DNA of 63,334 bases, the filler included, from an uncultured Gemmatimonadota bacterium (GTDB taxonomy: Bacteria; GCA-2686955), in NCBI GenBank assembly GCA_964490075.1. It is 3 parts of 3 records of this genome, joined end to end, with 100 filler letters (N's around TTAATTAATTAA, not from the genome) between each part and the next. Parts side by side here need not be neighbours in the genome. Positions count along the whole stretch, not along the records: positions 1 to 30,937 come from CAZBBK010000071.1; 2 more parts are not named here. The stretch is one strand, 5' to 3'. The first letter of the stretch is position 1; every line of letters begins with the position of its first letter. The notes beneath the pieces are model-generated. The model saw nothing but the letters and a program-made list of their open reading frames with translations. It made no database searches and was not told the origin of the DNA. Below, piece by piece: positions 8,609-16,858 of this stretch. Both the position numbers and the translations under genes were made by a program.

Positions 8609-11600
8609 TCAGGTGGCGGATCGCGATTCCAGCGCCAGGTCGACCACCCGACAGAGCGCCGCCAAGGGACAGCGGTCGCAGTCGAGCGAGCGGATCGGGA
8701 ACTGCCCGAGGCGCATCCCTCCGACCGCCGCGCGCACCGCGTGTCCCAGGTTCCGCGGCGCCTCGCGCGGCACCCCGGCTATCTCCGCGTCGGCGCCGGG
8801 CAGCGCGGTGTCGATCACGTCGCCGACTTCCCGCCCCTCGACACCGTGCTTTTCGAGCAGCTCCGAGAGCATGCGCGTCTTGCCGCCGGCGAAGGAGCGG
8901 TAGAGCGCGTCGATCCCGCCGCCGGCGCCGAAGCGCGTGGCGGCCGCGGCGAGGTAGGCCGGAAGCTGCAGATCCGGCCGGAACAGGCGATCCTCCTTCA
9001 GCCTGCGATTCTGCGTCGTGCTGGCGCCCGACTTGTAGTCGACGATCACCAGCTCCGGCTCCTCTCCCGGCGGCGCGCGATCGATCCGATCGATCCGCCC
9101 GCGCAGCAAGACGTCGCCTTGCGGGTGCTCGACCGCCAGCGCCGGCCAGGCGCCGGGACCGGAGTCGAAGCCGAACTCCGCCTCGAGCTCGATCGGCCGG
9201 CAGCCACGCGCCCCGAGCTCCTCTGCGTCCCTCTCCAGCACGCCTTTCATGCGCCGCCGCGCGTCGGCGCGGATGCCCGCCCAGAGCGCGTCATGGCCGG
9301 TTCCGTGCGCCTCCCGCCAGTCGCGCTCCAGCTCCGCTTCCACTTCGTCGACCATGCCGGCAGCCGCCGCCAGGCCCGCCGGGTCGAGGGGCAGCCGCCC
9401 CTCATCCCTCAGCCGGCGGTAGACCGCCTCGGCCAGGGCGTGGAGGTAGATGCCGGTCTCGGCGGCGCTGATCTCCGGCTCGCCTTCCTGCTCCTCGTCG
9501 ATGCCCAGCACCCGCCGTCCGAAGTACTGGAAGGGGCAGCGCAGGTAGGTCTCGATGGCACCCACACCGAGCACCCGCTCCGCCCCGTGCAGCCCCCCCG
9601 CTCCCGGTGCCGCCCCGGTGAAGCGCCCCGCCGGCTGGTCCCCCGCGGCGAAGAAGCGAAAGCGCGCGTCTTCCATCGCCAGGCGCGCGCCGAGATCGCG
9701 CGGCCGCGGGTCGTCCGGCCGCCCCGCGCCGGGGCTCGCGCCTTCCAGCACCGCCCGCGCCAACGCGCGCTGCTCCGGCGCAGCCGGCCCGAGAGGATCA
9801 GGAGGCAGCTCGCGCTCGTCGCCGCTCACCTGCCCCACCCCGCGCAGCCGGTCGACCAGCGGCGCGCGGCTCGCCGGCGCCCCCTTGTCGCCGGCAGCGT
9901 GACGGAAGAAGAGCGCCCCATGCGCGGCCTGCATCAGCGCCACCGAAAGCAGCAGCTCCGACTCCCACGCCAGGGGAGCGACCGGCTCCCGGTCGGCGCC
10001 GTCGAGCTCGTCGCGCGGTCGCAGCAAGGGCTCGCCCAGAACACGATTGACGCGCCGGCGCAGCCCGTCGGGCAGCACCGGATCGGGTGCGAAGGGTGCG
10101 GGGAGTCTCCCCTCGACCGCCCCCGGCACCAGCAATCGCCCGACCTTCAGCCCCGGCAGCTCGCGCAACGTCACCAACCGCACCCTCACCCGGCGCGCCC
10201 CCATGACGCGCAGTTGGGTCGTCTCGAGCGCGTCACGCAGCACCTCGACCAGCGCCCGCCGCGGCAGCGGATCGCGATCCCCCGCGACCAGCTCCGGCAG
10301 CGCATCGACCACCGCCAGCACCTCCCACTCGGCGCGCGCCTCGCTCCCGGCCGTCTCATCGTCGACGCGCCGCGCGCCCGCCGGGATCGCCGCCGGCCAA
10401 TCGTCGAAGACCGCCGGCATCGGCGTTCCCGCCGCCTCCTCGCGCAGAGCGACGAGCAGCTCGCGGTGACGCAGCGCCCAGCCGGCGGCATCGTGTGTCC
10501 CCTCCAGCGAGCGCAGCGCCTCGACCAGCCACGCCACCCGGCGCGCCGCCCGGCGCAGCTCGTCGACCCGGAAGGGATGGCGCTCTCTGGAGCGCTCGAT
10601 CCGATCGGCCAGCTCACTCAGCCCCCGCGCCAGCGCCCCCGCCGGCCGGTCGCGCTCCGCCATGCCATGACGCAGCATTGAGGCGATGCGATGCGCCGGC
10701 GGCACCCCCTCGGCACGCGTCATTCCGATCGAGAAGAGCAGCCGGGCCAACCCTTCCCGAGGCAGATCTTCGTCGAGCAGCTCGTGCACCAGTCGCAACA
10801 AGCGACCGCTGGAGCTCTCCGCCGCCCCCGCCCCCCGACGCATGTGCAGCTCCGCCCCCCGCACTCGCGCCTCGCGCGCCAAACCCCTCACCCATTCCCC
10901 CTCCGCCGCACCCGCGCCCGACACCGCGATCGTCACCGGCCCCGCGTCCCGCCAGCGCCGCGCCTCTTCGATCACCGCCCGCGCTTCGGCCCCCGGCGCC
11001 GACGCCACCACCACCTCGGCCGTCGGGCCGCGCTCTTGCGCCTCGTCCCAGGCCACCTCCAGCGGCAGCCCCTCCCGCGCCCAGCCCTCGAGCCGGGCCA
11101 CCGCAGGCTCCAGAAAACGCCCGAGCGGCACCCGCGGCAGGCGTATCGTCACCCGCCCCGCCGGCTCGCCGTCCCCAGCCCCGAGCCGCTCCGCCAACGC
11201 TCGGATCAACGCCAGCCGCGCCGGCCCCAGGTCGAGCACGTGGCGGAACACCACCCGCTGCCGCCCGCGCAGCCGCGCCGGCAGCTCCCGCCCCTCGCGC
11301 AACCCGCGCAGCGCCGCCCGATGACGCAGCCCCGCGTCGAAGAGGCCGCGCCGCTCCAGCTCCGCGTCGAGCTCGCCGCGCAGCGCCACCAGGTCGCGCA
11401 GCCGCCGCGCTTCGTCGTCCTCCCCCAGCCCGCGCAGCGCCCGCGCGAGGTCGCCGGGCCGCCCCATCCCCAGCTCGCGCAGCGCCGCCGTCAACGCCCG
11501 CCGATGGCCGCGCGTGCGCGTCACCGCCCGATTATCCGGCGCTGCTCCGCGGCGCGCCAACAGAACGCCCACCAGGTAGCGCAGCGTCGCCTCGCCCGCC

Positions 11601-11821
11601 ATCCGCGCCGCGGCGGGCAACACCGGCGCCGCCAGCTCCGCCTCCAGCTCGCCCAGCGTCATCCAGCTCGACGCGTCGACCGCCGCCGCGCCGGCGTGGA
11701 CCCCGAGCCGCTCGTCCAACGCCGCCTCCACCCGGTCGGCGTCCGGCAGCACCCAGAGCACGCCGCCTCCCCAGCGACCGGCTCGCCGCGCCCGCGGCTC
11801 CGCGGCACCGCCTCCTACCAA
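8609..11821 (-). CDS. addB: AddB-like subunit: degenerate helicase-like region plus C-terminal PD-(D/E)XK nuclease with Fe-S cysteines
   Basis: YLRCPFQYF, GRIDRID, IVDYKS, QLPAY, CDRCPLAALC; upstream of addA on the same strand. The start (TTG) is uncertain. Confidence 0.85.
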   Translation of the reverse strand: MVGGGAAEPRARRAGRWGGGVLWVLPDADRVEAALDERLGVHAGAAAVDASSWMTLGELEAELAAPVLPAAARMAGEATLRYLVGVLLARRGAAPDNRAVTRTRGHRRALTAALRELGMGRPGDLARALRGLGEDDEARRLRDLVALRGELDAELERRGLFDAGLRHRAALRGLREGRELPARLRGRQRVVFRHVLDLGPARLALIRALAERLGAGDGEPAGRVTIRLPRVPLGRFLEPAVARLEGWAREGLPLEVAWDEAQERGPTAEVVVASAPGAEARAVIEEARRWRDAGPVTIAVSGAGAAEGEWVRGLAREARVRGAELHMRRGAGAAESSSGRLLRLVHELLDEDLPREGLARLLFSIGMTRAEGVPPAHRIASMLRHGMAERDRPAGALARGLSELADRIERSRERHPFRVDELRRAARRVAWLVEALRSLEGTHDAAGWALRHRELLVALREEAAGTPMPAVFDDWPAAIPAGARRVDDETAGSEARAEWEVLAVVDALPELVAGDRDPLPRRALVEVLRDALETTQLRVMGARRVRVRLVTLRELPGLKVGRLLVPGAVEGRLPAPFAPDPVLPDGLRRRVNRVLGEPLLRPRDELDGADREPVAPLAWESELLLSVALMQAAHGALFFRHAAGDKGAPASRAPLVDRLRGVGQVSGDERELPPDPLGPAAPEQRALARAVLEGASPGAGRPDDPRPRDLGARLAMEDARFRFFAAGDQPAGRFTGAAPGAGGLHGAERVLGVGAIETYLRCPFQYFGRRVLGIDEEQEGEPEISAAETGIYLHALAEAVYRRLRDEGRLPLDPAGLAAAAGMVDEVEAELERDWREAHGTGHDALWAGIRADARRRMKGVLERDAEELGARGCRPIELEAEFGFDSGPGAWPALAVEHPQGDVLLRGRIDRIDRAPPGEEPELVIVDYKSGASTTQNRRLKEDRLFRPDLQLPAYLAAAATRFGAGGGIDALYRSFAGGKTRMLSELLEKHGVEGREVGDVIDTALPGADAEIAGVPREAPRNLGHAVRAAVGGMRLGQFPIRSLDCDRCPLAALCRVVDLALESRSAT

Positions 11822-13119
11822 TGCACCTCTCCCTGCAGGCTCGGCGCCAGCGCCGCGGCCGCCCGTAGGTAGTCTCCCATCATCCGCACCGCCCGCGCCC
11901 GGGTCCGCTCGTCCTCGCCGCGCAGGGGTCGCAGGCGCCGCGCCAGCTCGTGGGCGCCGTGGATGTAGAGCCAGGTCGACAGGTGGTTGCGCCGAGTGTG
12001 GAACACGAAGCTCTCGAGCGGGATGGTCCGCAGCTGGTCACGCAAGGTGCGCACGTCCTGGGCGCGCCCCAGTTCCACGCCGTGCATGTCGCGAAACACG
12101 AAGTCGCCGAAGCCGAAGAAGTCGAGCATGATGCGCCGCAGCTCCGGCAGCCAGTCCTCCGACGACTTCGACAGGTAGAAGGCCGCCAGGTCGTCGATCC
12201 CGGCCGGCGGCTGCATGGCGTTCGACTGGACGATCAGCGGCAAGGTCGGCCGCAGCACCCGCGCCGCCTCGCCGAAACGCAGTCCCGCGTCGGGGCGCAC
12301 CTCGGACCCGACCGGGAACTGCAGGTCGGCGATCACGCCGATCAGGTAGGGGGCGTAGCGACCCAGGATCAGTAGGCCCTGCTCGTAGGTCTCGGCGAGC
12401 AGCACGCGAGGCCGGTGGTCCAGAAAGCGCCACAAGGTATCGACGGGCACCCCGGGCGGCACCAGCTCGCGGGTGCGAACCAACAGCTCACGGAAGATCA
12501 TCGGCAGGAACATCGCGTAGAGGCCCGGCTCGTCCTCGATCAGCACCAGGGCCGGGATGCCGCGCCGCAGGTCCGCTTCGGCCGAGCGCTCGTCCTGCAT
12601 CAGCCAGATCAGCGCCGCCAGGTCCTCCACCGCGCCGCCCCAGGCGCCGACCAGGTCGACCCGCCCGCGCTCGGCCACCTGCATGGTCGACAGCCGCCCC
12701 TCGCTCTCCGCGACCATCAACAGAATCGCCACTCCCGGCAGCCGCTCGCGCGCCTGGTCGGCGATCCGTGCCACGTCGTGGCCGAGGAACTCCCGGTCGA
12801 GGATCACCAGCTGCCGGGTCACCGCGCGATCGCCGCGCCGCCGCCGGTCGCTGGCGGCCAGGGCGAGCAACCGCTCCCAGTCGGTGCCCGCGACGATCAC
12901 CGGGAAGCGCAGTCCCCCGGGCAGCCCGCCGGGGCGCGGCTGCGACTGATCCACGGCGCGCGCCGCCTCGACCAAAGCGTAGCCGCGGAACAGGCTGCCG
13001 GCGAAGTAGACCCGCTCGAAGCGCCGCTGGCGCTCCACGCCGGCTCCATCGGCGAGCAAGGCATCGCGCGGCGGCGAGGACTCGTCCTCAGCGCGTCGAC
13101 CGGTGCCCGATGAGCCCAT
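11815..13119 (-). CDS. Receiver-domain-like protein matching the N-terminal half of the receiver/PEP-synthase-like (PPDK_N) fusion family
   Basis: LVLIEDE, RPRVLLAETYE, GVIADLQFP, LIVQS, YLSK, FGFGDFVFR and RNHLSTWL correspond to motifs I recall from the N-half of the ~990-aa 'PEP/pyruvate-binding domain' proteins (e.g. in Bacteroidetes). Confidence 0.75.
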   Translation of the reverse strand: MGSSGTGRRAEDESSPPRDALLADGAGVERQRRFERVYFAGSLFRGYALVEAARAVDQSQPRPGGLPGGLRFPVIVAGTDWERLLALAASDRRRRGDRAVTRQLVILDREFLGHDVARIADQARERLPGVAILLMVAESEGRLSTMQVAERGRVDLVGAWGGAVEDLAALIWLMQDERSAEADLRRGIPALVLIEDEPGLYAMFLPMIFRELLVRTRELVPPGVPVDTLWRFLDHRPRVLLAETYEQGLLILGRYAPYLIGVIADLQFPVGSEVRPDAGLRFGEAARVLRPTLPLIVQSNAMQPPAGIDDLAAFYLSKSSEDWLPELRRIMLDFFGFGDFVFRDMHGVELGRAQDVRTLRDQLRTIPLESFVFHTRRNHLSTWLYIHGAHELARRLRPLRGEDERTRARAVRMMGDYLRAAAALAPSLQGEVHW

Positions 13120-13160
13120 GCGCTACAATACCCGATCATGGCCACGCCGCACTTCTTGGT
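13065..13160 (+). repeat. 96-bp direct repeat, copy 1
   Basis: 91/96 identical to 15014-15109; contains the minus-strand ATG (13119) and an abortive copy of the MATPHFLV start. Confidence 0.95.
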
Positions 13161-13227
13161 AGGGGGCGGCTGCGCACGGGTTTTCTCCGGTGTCCTTGCG
13201 GCACTCGCACCCAGATGAGGCAGGCCG

Positions 13228-14112
13228 ATGGCACATCGGTTCGTTCACGTCGCAGCCGCAACGACGCTTCTCCTGGCGAGCTCCGTCGCGCTCGCTTCCA
13301 GCAACGAAGGTTGGCTCATCGGGGCGGACGAGGCGCGCTGGGCGACCGAAGACGAGAAGCCGATTCTGGTGCTCCTGAGTCGGCCGGATTCCGACGCCCA
13401 CCGCCGCCTGAGCAAGAGCCTCTTGGACGTCCCGATGGTGCGGGATCATCTAGACTCGGCCGTTCCCAAGATCGTTGTTCCAGTGGCGGAAGCGCTGCCG
13501 GATCCGAAGAACCAGTCCTTCTACCAGGAGATGGTCGGGCTCGCCATCACGAGCTGGCCCTCATTCGTAATCTGGAAGCCGGGATCAGGCTGGGAGCCCT
13601 TCGAGCTGCTGATCAGTGAGGGCCAGCATGGGCGCCAAATGAGCCCCGGCGAATTCGTCGCTGCACTCGATAAGACCTTCCCGAGCCCCGCGGGAATCGC
13701 GCCCGCCGACGAAAGCGAAGCCCGCGCTCGGGTGCGCTCCTTCCTCGCGGCGGTCGGTGGAACGAATGACCAGCTGGATGCTCTGAAGGGGGCCAAGCTC
13801 CGCGAAGACGGCGCTTCCCAGCTTCCGGTGTGGTCATCCAAGGCGCCCTTCCCGGGCGGCGACGAAACGACGGTTCATTTCAGCGGCCTGGTCGGCGCGT
13901 GGTGGATCGAATCTGCCGTTTCCAGGGACTTCGAGTTGATGGTGGCGGAGCTCAGTTCGTGCGCGGCGCTCTGGAGCACCGATGTCGAGAGCTCGAGCCA
14001 GGGGACCTTCGCCGCACCGGCCCGAGCCTACACTCACGATTGCGGCGACACGCCGATCACGATTTCGCTGAAAGAACGAGGCAGGTCCACGACACTTCGG
14101 ATCTCCCGGTAG
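13228..14112 (+). CDS. Secreted hypothetical protein with an N-terminal thioredoxin-like fold lacking CxxC
   Basis: Signal peptide (..LLLASSVALA); W...EA....EKPILVLL-SRPDSDAH-RRL...V..HL...WPSFVI pattern resembles thioredoxin-fold proteins, with SxxH in place of CxxC. Confidence 0.55.
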   Translation: MAHRFVHVAAATTLLLASSVALASSNEGWLIGADEARWATEDEKPILVLLSRPDSDAHRRLSKSLLDVPMVRDHLDSAVPKIVVPVAEALPDPKNQSFYQEMVGLAITSWPSFVIWKPGSGWEPFELLISEGQHGRQMSPGEFVAALDKTFPSPAGIAPADESEARARVRSFLAAVGGTNDQLDALKGAKLREDGASQLPVWSSKAPFPGGDETTVHFSGLVGAWWIESAVSRDFELMVAELSSCAALWSTDVESSSQGTFAAPARAYTHDCGDTPITISLKERGRSTTLRISR

Positions 14113-14359
14113 GGATCGGCTAGCGACAGCGACAAGGGCTGTTGGTCAAGTTGAGGGACATAGCGGACCGCCCATCGCCCCAATGCCGCAATTGAAGCAG
14201 CGCGCCGGGAGGTGCCGGGAATCGGGTGAGACAGATTGACCCATCCGGCTCGGGCAGCGACCAGGGGGCTTGCGGCCGGCGTTCCCCGCCCACGACCTGT
14301 ATCGCCGCGCTGGAGCGGCTTAGAGCGTCGCCACGGATCTGTTGGGGCTGCTTCGAACC

Positions 14360-14374
14360 TGGCACGCAATCTGC
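14360..14374 (+). promoter_or_regulatory. Putative sigma54 (-24/-12) promoter
   Basis: TGGCACGCAATCTGC with exact GG-N10-GC spacing, upstream of the FG-GAP fragment. Confidence 0.5.
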
Positions 14375-14439
14375 GAATGCCTGACGGTCGTTGGCACCGT
14401 GGCCCGTCCCGATCACCAAAAGTCGCGTGGTGGACCGGG

Positions 14440-14835
14440 ATCCTGCGATCGATTCATGGCTCCGGAGGTGGCGAGCATTTCACGATCAGCGATCCCGCCT
14501 ACCGGGTCAGAGACAGTGGCGAACTGGCTGTGGCCGACATAGACAACGATGGCAAGCCGGAGATCATTGCGATTACCGAGGACGGCGCCCTCATCTGCTT
14601 CGAAAACGACGGCAGCCACAAGTGGACCTCGACCGAGTCCTTCGGCAGGCTGGCGGCCGCCGTGGCCGACCTGGATCACGACGCCGTGCCGGAAATCGTC
14701 GTGGGAAAGTGTGTCTTCAACAGCGACGGCACGCTCAGGTGGAGCGGAAGCGCCGCGAGCAACAGCTACACCTCAGCCGTCGCCGATTTGGATCTCGGCG
14801 GAGACCCGGAGGTGATCACGGGATCCACAGCTTGA
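14440..14835 (+). pseudogene. FG-GAP/VCBS beta-propeller gene fragment
   Basis: ADIDNDGKPEI, ADLDHDAVPEI and ADLDLGGDPEV repeats; no signal peptide; stops abruptly; paralogous to 24935-25471. Confidence 0.75.
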
Positions 14836-15013
14836 GGGAGAGCTCGACAGCAATGGAGGCGTGGTCCCCAGGAGACCACGCCTCTCTGCTCTTCGAACGG
14901 ACGCCGGTGGTGTTCCAATCCGATGCACACCCTCTTCGGACCCTTCTTCGGCGCCGTTCCTTCCCTACGGGTGGCCGCCGTGCACCAGTCGTGCGCGCGC
15001 CTGGTCGGCGTTG

Positions 15014-15109
15014 CGCGCGGCGACGAGGACTCGTCCTCAGCGCGTCGACCGGTGCGCGATGAGCCCATGCGCTAAGATACCTGATCATGGCCACGCCGCA
15101 CTTCTTGGT
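15014..15109 (+). repeat. 96-bp direct repeat, copy 2
   Basis: Matches 13065-13160 at offset 1949; contains the functional ATG (15087) of the PPDK_N-like gene. Confidence 0.95.
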
Positions 15110-16814
15110 GTCGACCCGCCCCGGCCACCGCGACGGCCTGGCGCGCATCGGTGAGGGGAGCATTGGTGGCAAGGCACGAGGTCTCGGTTTCCTGAACGTG
15201 CTCATTCGTCGCTCCGAGATCAATCGGCGTTTTCCCGAGATGCGAGTCCGGGTCCCACCCGCCACCGTGGTCTGCACCGGCGAGTTCGAGCATTTCGTGG
15301 AGCGCAACGATCTCGCCGAGTGCACCGCCTGGACCGACGACGACGAGATCACCCGAGCCTTCTGCTCGCACCCCTTGCGTCGCGAACTGCTCATGGAGCT
15401 GGTGCGCTATCTCGACAGCCACCGCGCCCCGCTCGCGGTGCGCTCTTCGTCGATCCACGAGGATGGCACCGTCTCGCCCCTGGCCGGCCTCTATCAAACG
15501 GTATTGCTTCCCAACAACGGCCCAGCCCCCGCAGACCGCCTGCAGCAGCTCCTCGACGCGCTGCGCGTGGTCTGGTCCAGCACCTATCACCAGGCGCCCA
15601 GCGCCGCGTTGCGCCGGCAGGGAACGTTGCTCTCGCAGGAGCGCATGGCGGTGATCTTGCAGCCGATGGCCGGGCGCCGCCACGGCGGCTTCTTCTACCC
15701 GACCATCGGGGGTGTCGCTTGCTCGGTCAACTTCTTTCCGATCGGCACCCTGCGCCCCGACGACGGCATGGTGGCGGCCGCGGTCGGGCTCGGCACGCGG
15801 GCGGTCGGCGGCGGTCGAGTCACGCGCTTCTCGCCGCGGCGTCCGGAGCTGCGTCCGGAGCTGCACCGCCCGCACGAGGTGCGGCTCACCAGCCAGCGCA
15901 CTTTCGACGCCATCGACATGAGCAGCGGCCAGGCGCGCATCGCCGACGACCCCCAGGGCACCATCAAGAGCTTCGGCCTGGCGGTGGCCAGAGAGGACGG
16001 CGAAATGATGCTGCTCGAATCGACCTGGCTGCCGGCCCAGGGCACGCTCTCGGAGAGCCCGCTGGCCTCGGGCGAACCGCTGCTGACTTTCAAGAAGCTG
16101 CTGCAGCAGACGCGCGTCGCGCAGCTCTTCTGTCATATCTCGGAGTGGGCCAAAGAAGGCATGGGGGGACCGGTGGAGATGGAATTCGCGGGGGATTTCT
16201 GTCGCAAGCCGAAGGGCGGGCGCCACGGCGTCGACCTGGTGCAGCTCAAGCGTCTGCCCCAGGTGTCGCGAGCGAGCTCGATTCGTATCGCGTCGGTCGA
16301 CTCTAGCAAGGTGCTGCTGCGCTGCTCTTCGGCGATGGGCAGCGCCGATCTGGTCCATTCCGGCCCGATCGTCTACATCGCCCCGCGGCGGCTGACGCCG
16401 CGCATCTCGCGCTCGCTGGGGGAAGAGGTGGCGCGGGTCAACCGCGCTCTGCGAGACCGCCAGGAGAGCTACCTGCTACTGGGCCCGGGGCGCTGGGGAT
16501 CGATCAATCTGTCGCTGGGGATCGCCGTCACCTATCACCAGATATCCGAGGCCAGCCTGATCGTCGAGCTGTCGACCACCGAGCACCACGTCGCCTCCTC
16601 GCAGGGCAGCCACTTCTTCCACAACATCGCCGCCGGCCACATCCTCTACATGAGCCTCGACGAGGCGGCCGGCGATCAGCTGAACCGGCAGTGGCTGACT
16701 CGCGCGCCGCGCGTCGGCGGCCACGGCGATGTGCGCGTCCTGCAGCCCAAGTCGCCGCTGCGGGTGCAGGTCGACGGGCACAGCCGGCGGGGAATCGTCT
16801 TCGTTTCGGAGTGA
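15087..16814 (+). CDS. PEP/pyruvate-binding (PEP synthase/PPDK N-terminal ATP-grasp) domain protein, C-terminal half of the receiver-PPDK_N family
   Basis: RIGEGSIGGKARGL, PLAVRSSSIHED...AGLY.T, ERMAVILQ, GLGTRAV, PVEMEFA, GPGRWGS, SQGSHFFHN. No PEP-utilising TIM-barrel domain. Confidence 0.85.
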   Translation: MATPHFLVSTRPGHRDGLARIGEGSIGGKARGLGFLNVLIRRSEINRRFPEMRVRVPPATVVCTGEFEHFVERNDLAECTAWTDDDEITRAFCSHPLRRELLMELVRYLDSHRAPLAVRSSSIHEDGTVSPLAGLYQTVLLPNNGPAPADRLQQLLDALRVVWSSTYHQAPSAALRRQGTLLSQERMAVILQPMAGRRHGGFFYPTIGGVACSVNFFPIGTLRPDDGMVAAAVGLGTRAVGGGRVTRFSPRRPELRPELHRPHEVRLTSQRTFDAIDMSSGQARIADDPQGTIKSFGLAVAREDGEMMLLESTWLPAQGTLSESPLASGEPLLTFKKLLQQTRVAQLFCHISEWAKEGMGGPVEMEFAGDFCRKPKGGRHGVDLVQLKRLPQVSRASSIRIASVDSSKVLLRCSSAMGSADLVHSGPIVYIAPRRLTPRISRSLGEEVARVNRALRDRQESYLLLGPGRWGSINLSLGIAVTYHQISEASLIVELSTTEHHVASSQGSHFFHNIAAGHILYMSLDEAAGDQLNRQWLTRAPRVGGHGDVRVLQPKSPLRVQVDGHSRRGIVFVSE

Positions 16815-16858
16815 TACCGCGCGCGGGGGGGTAGTGGGTATTCGGGGTGGCGAGCGCA

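Noticed and set aside
8609..9550. Cas4-like nuclease suggesting CRISPR adaptation
   Set aside because: It is the C-terminal domain of AddB next to addA; no cas1/cas2 or array.
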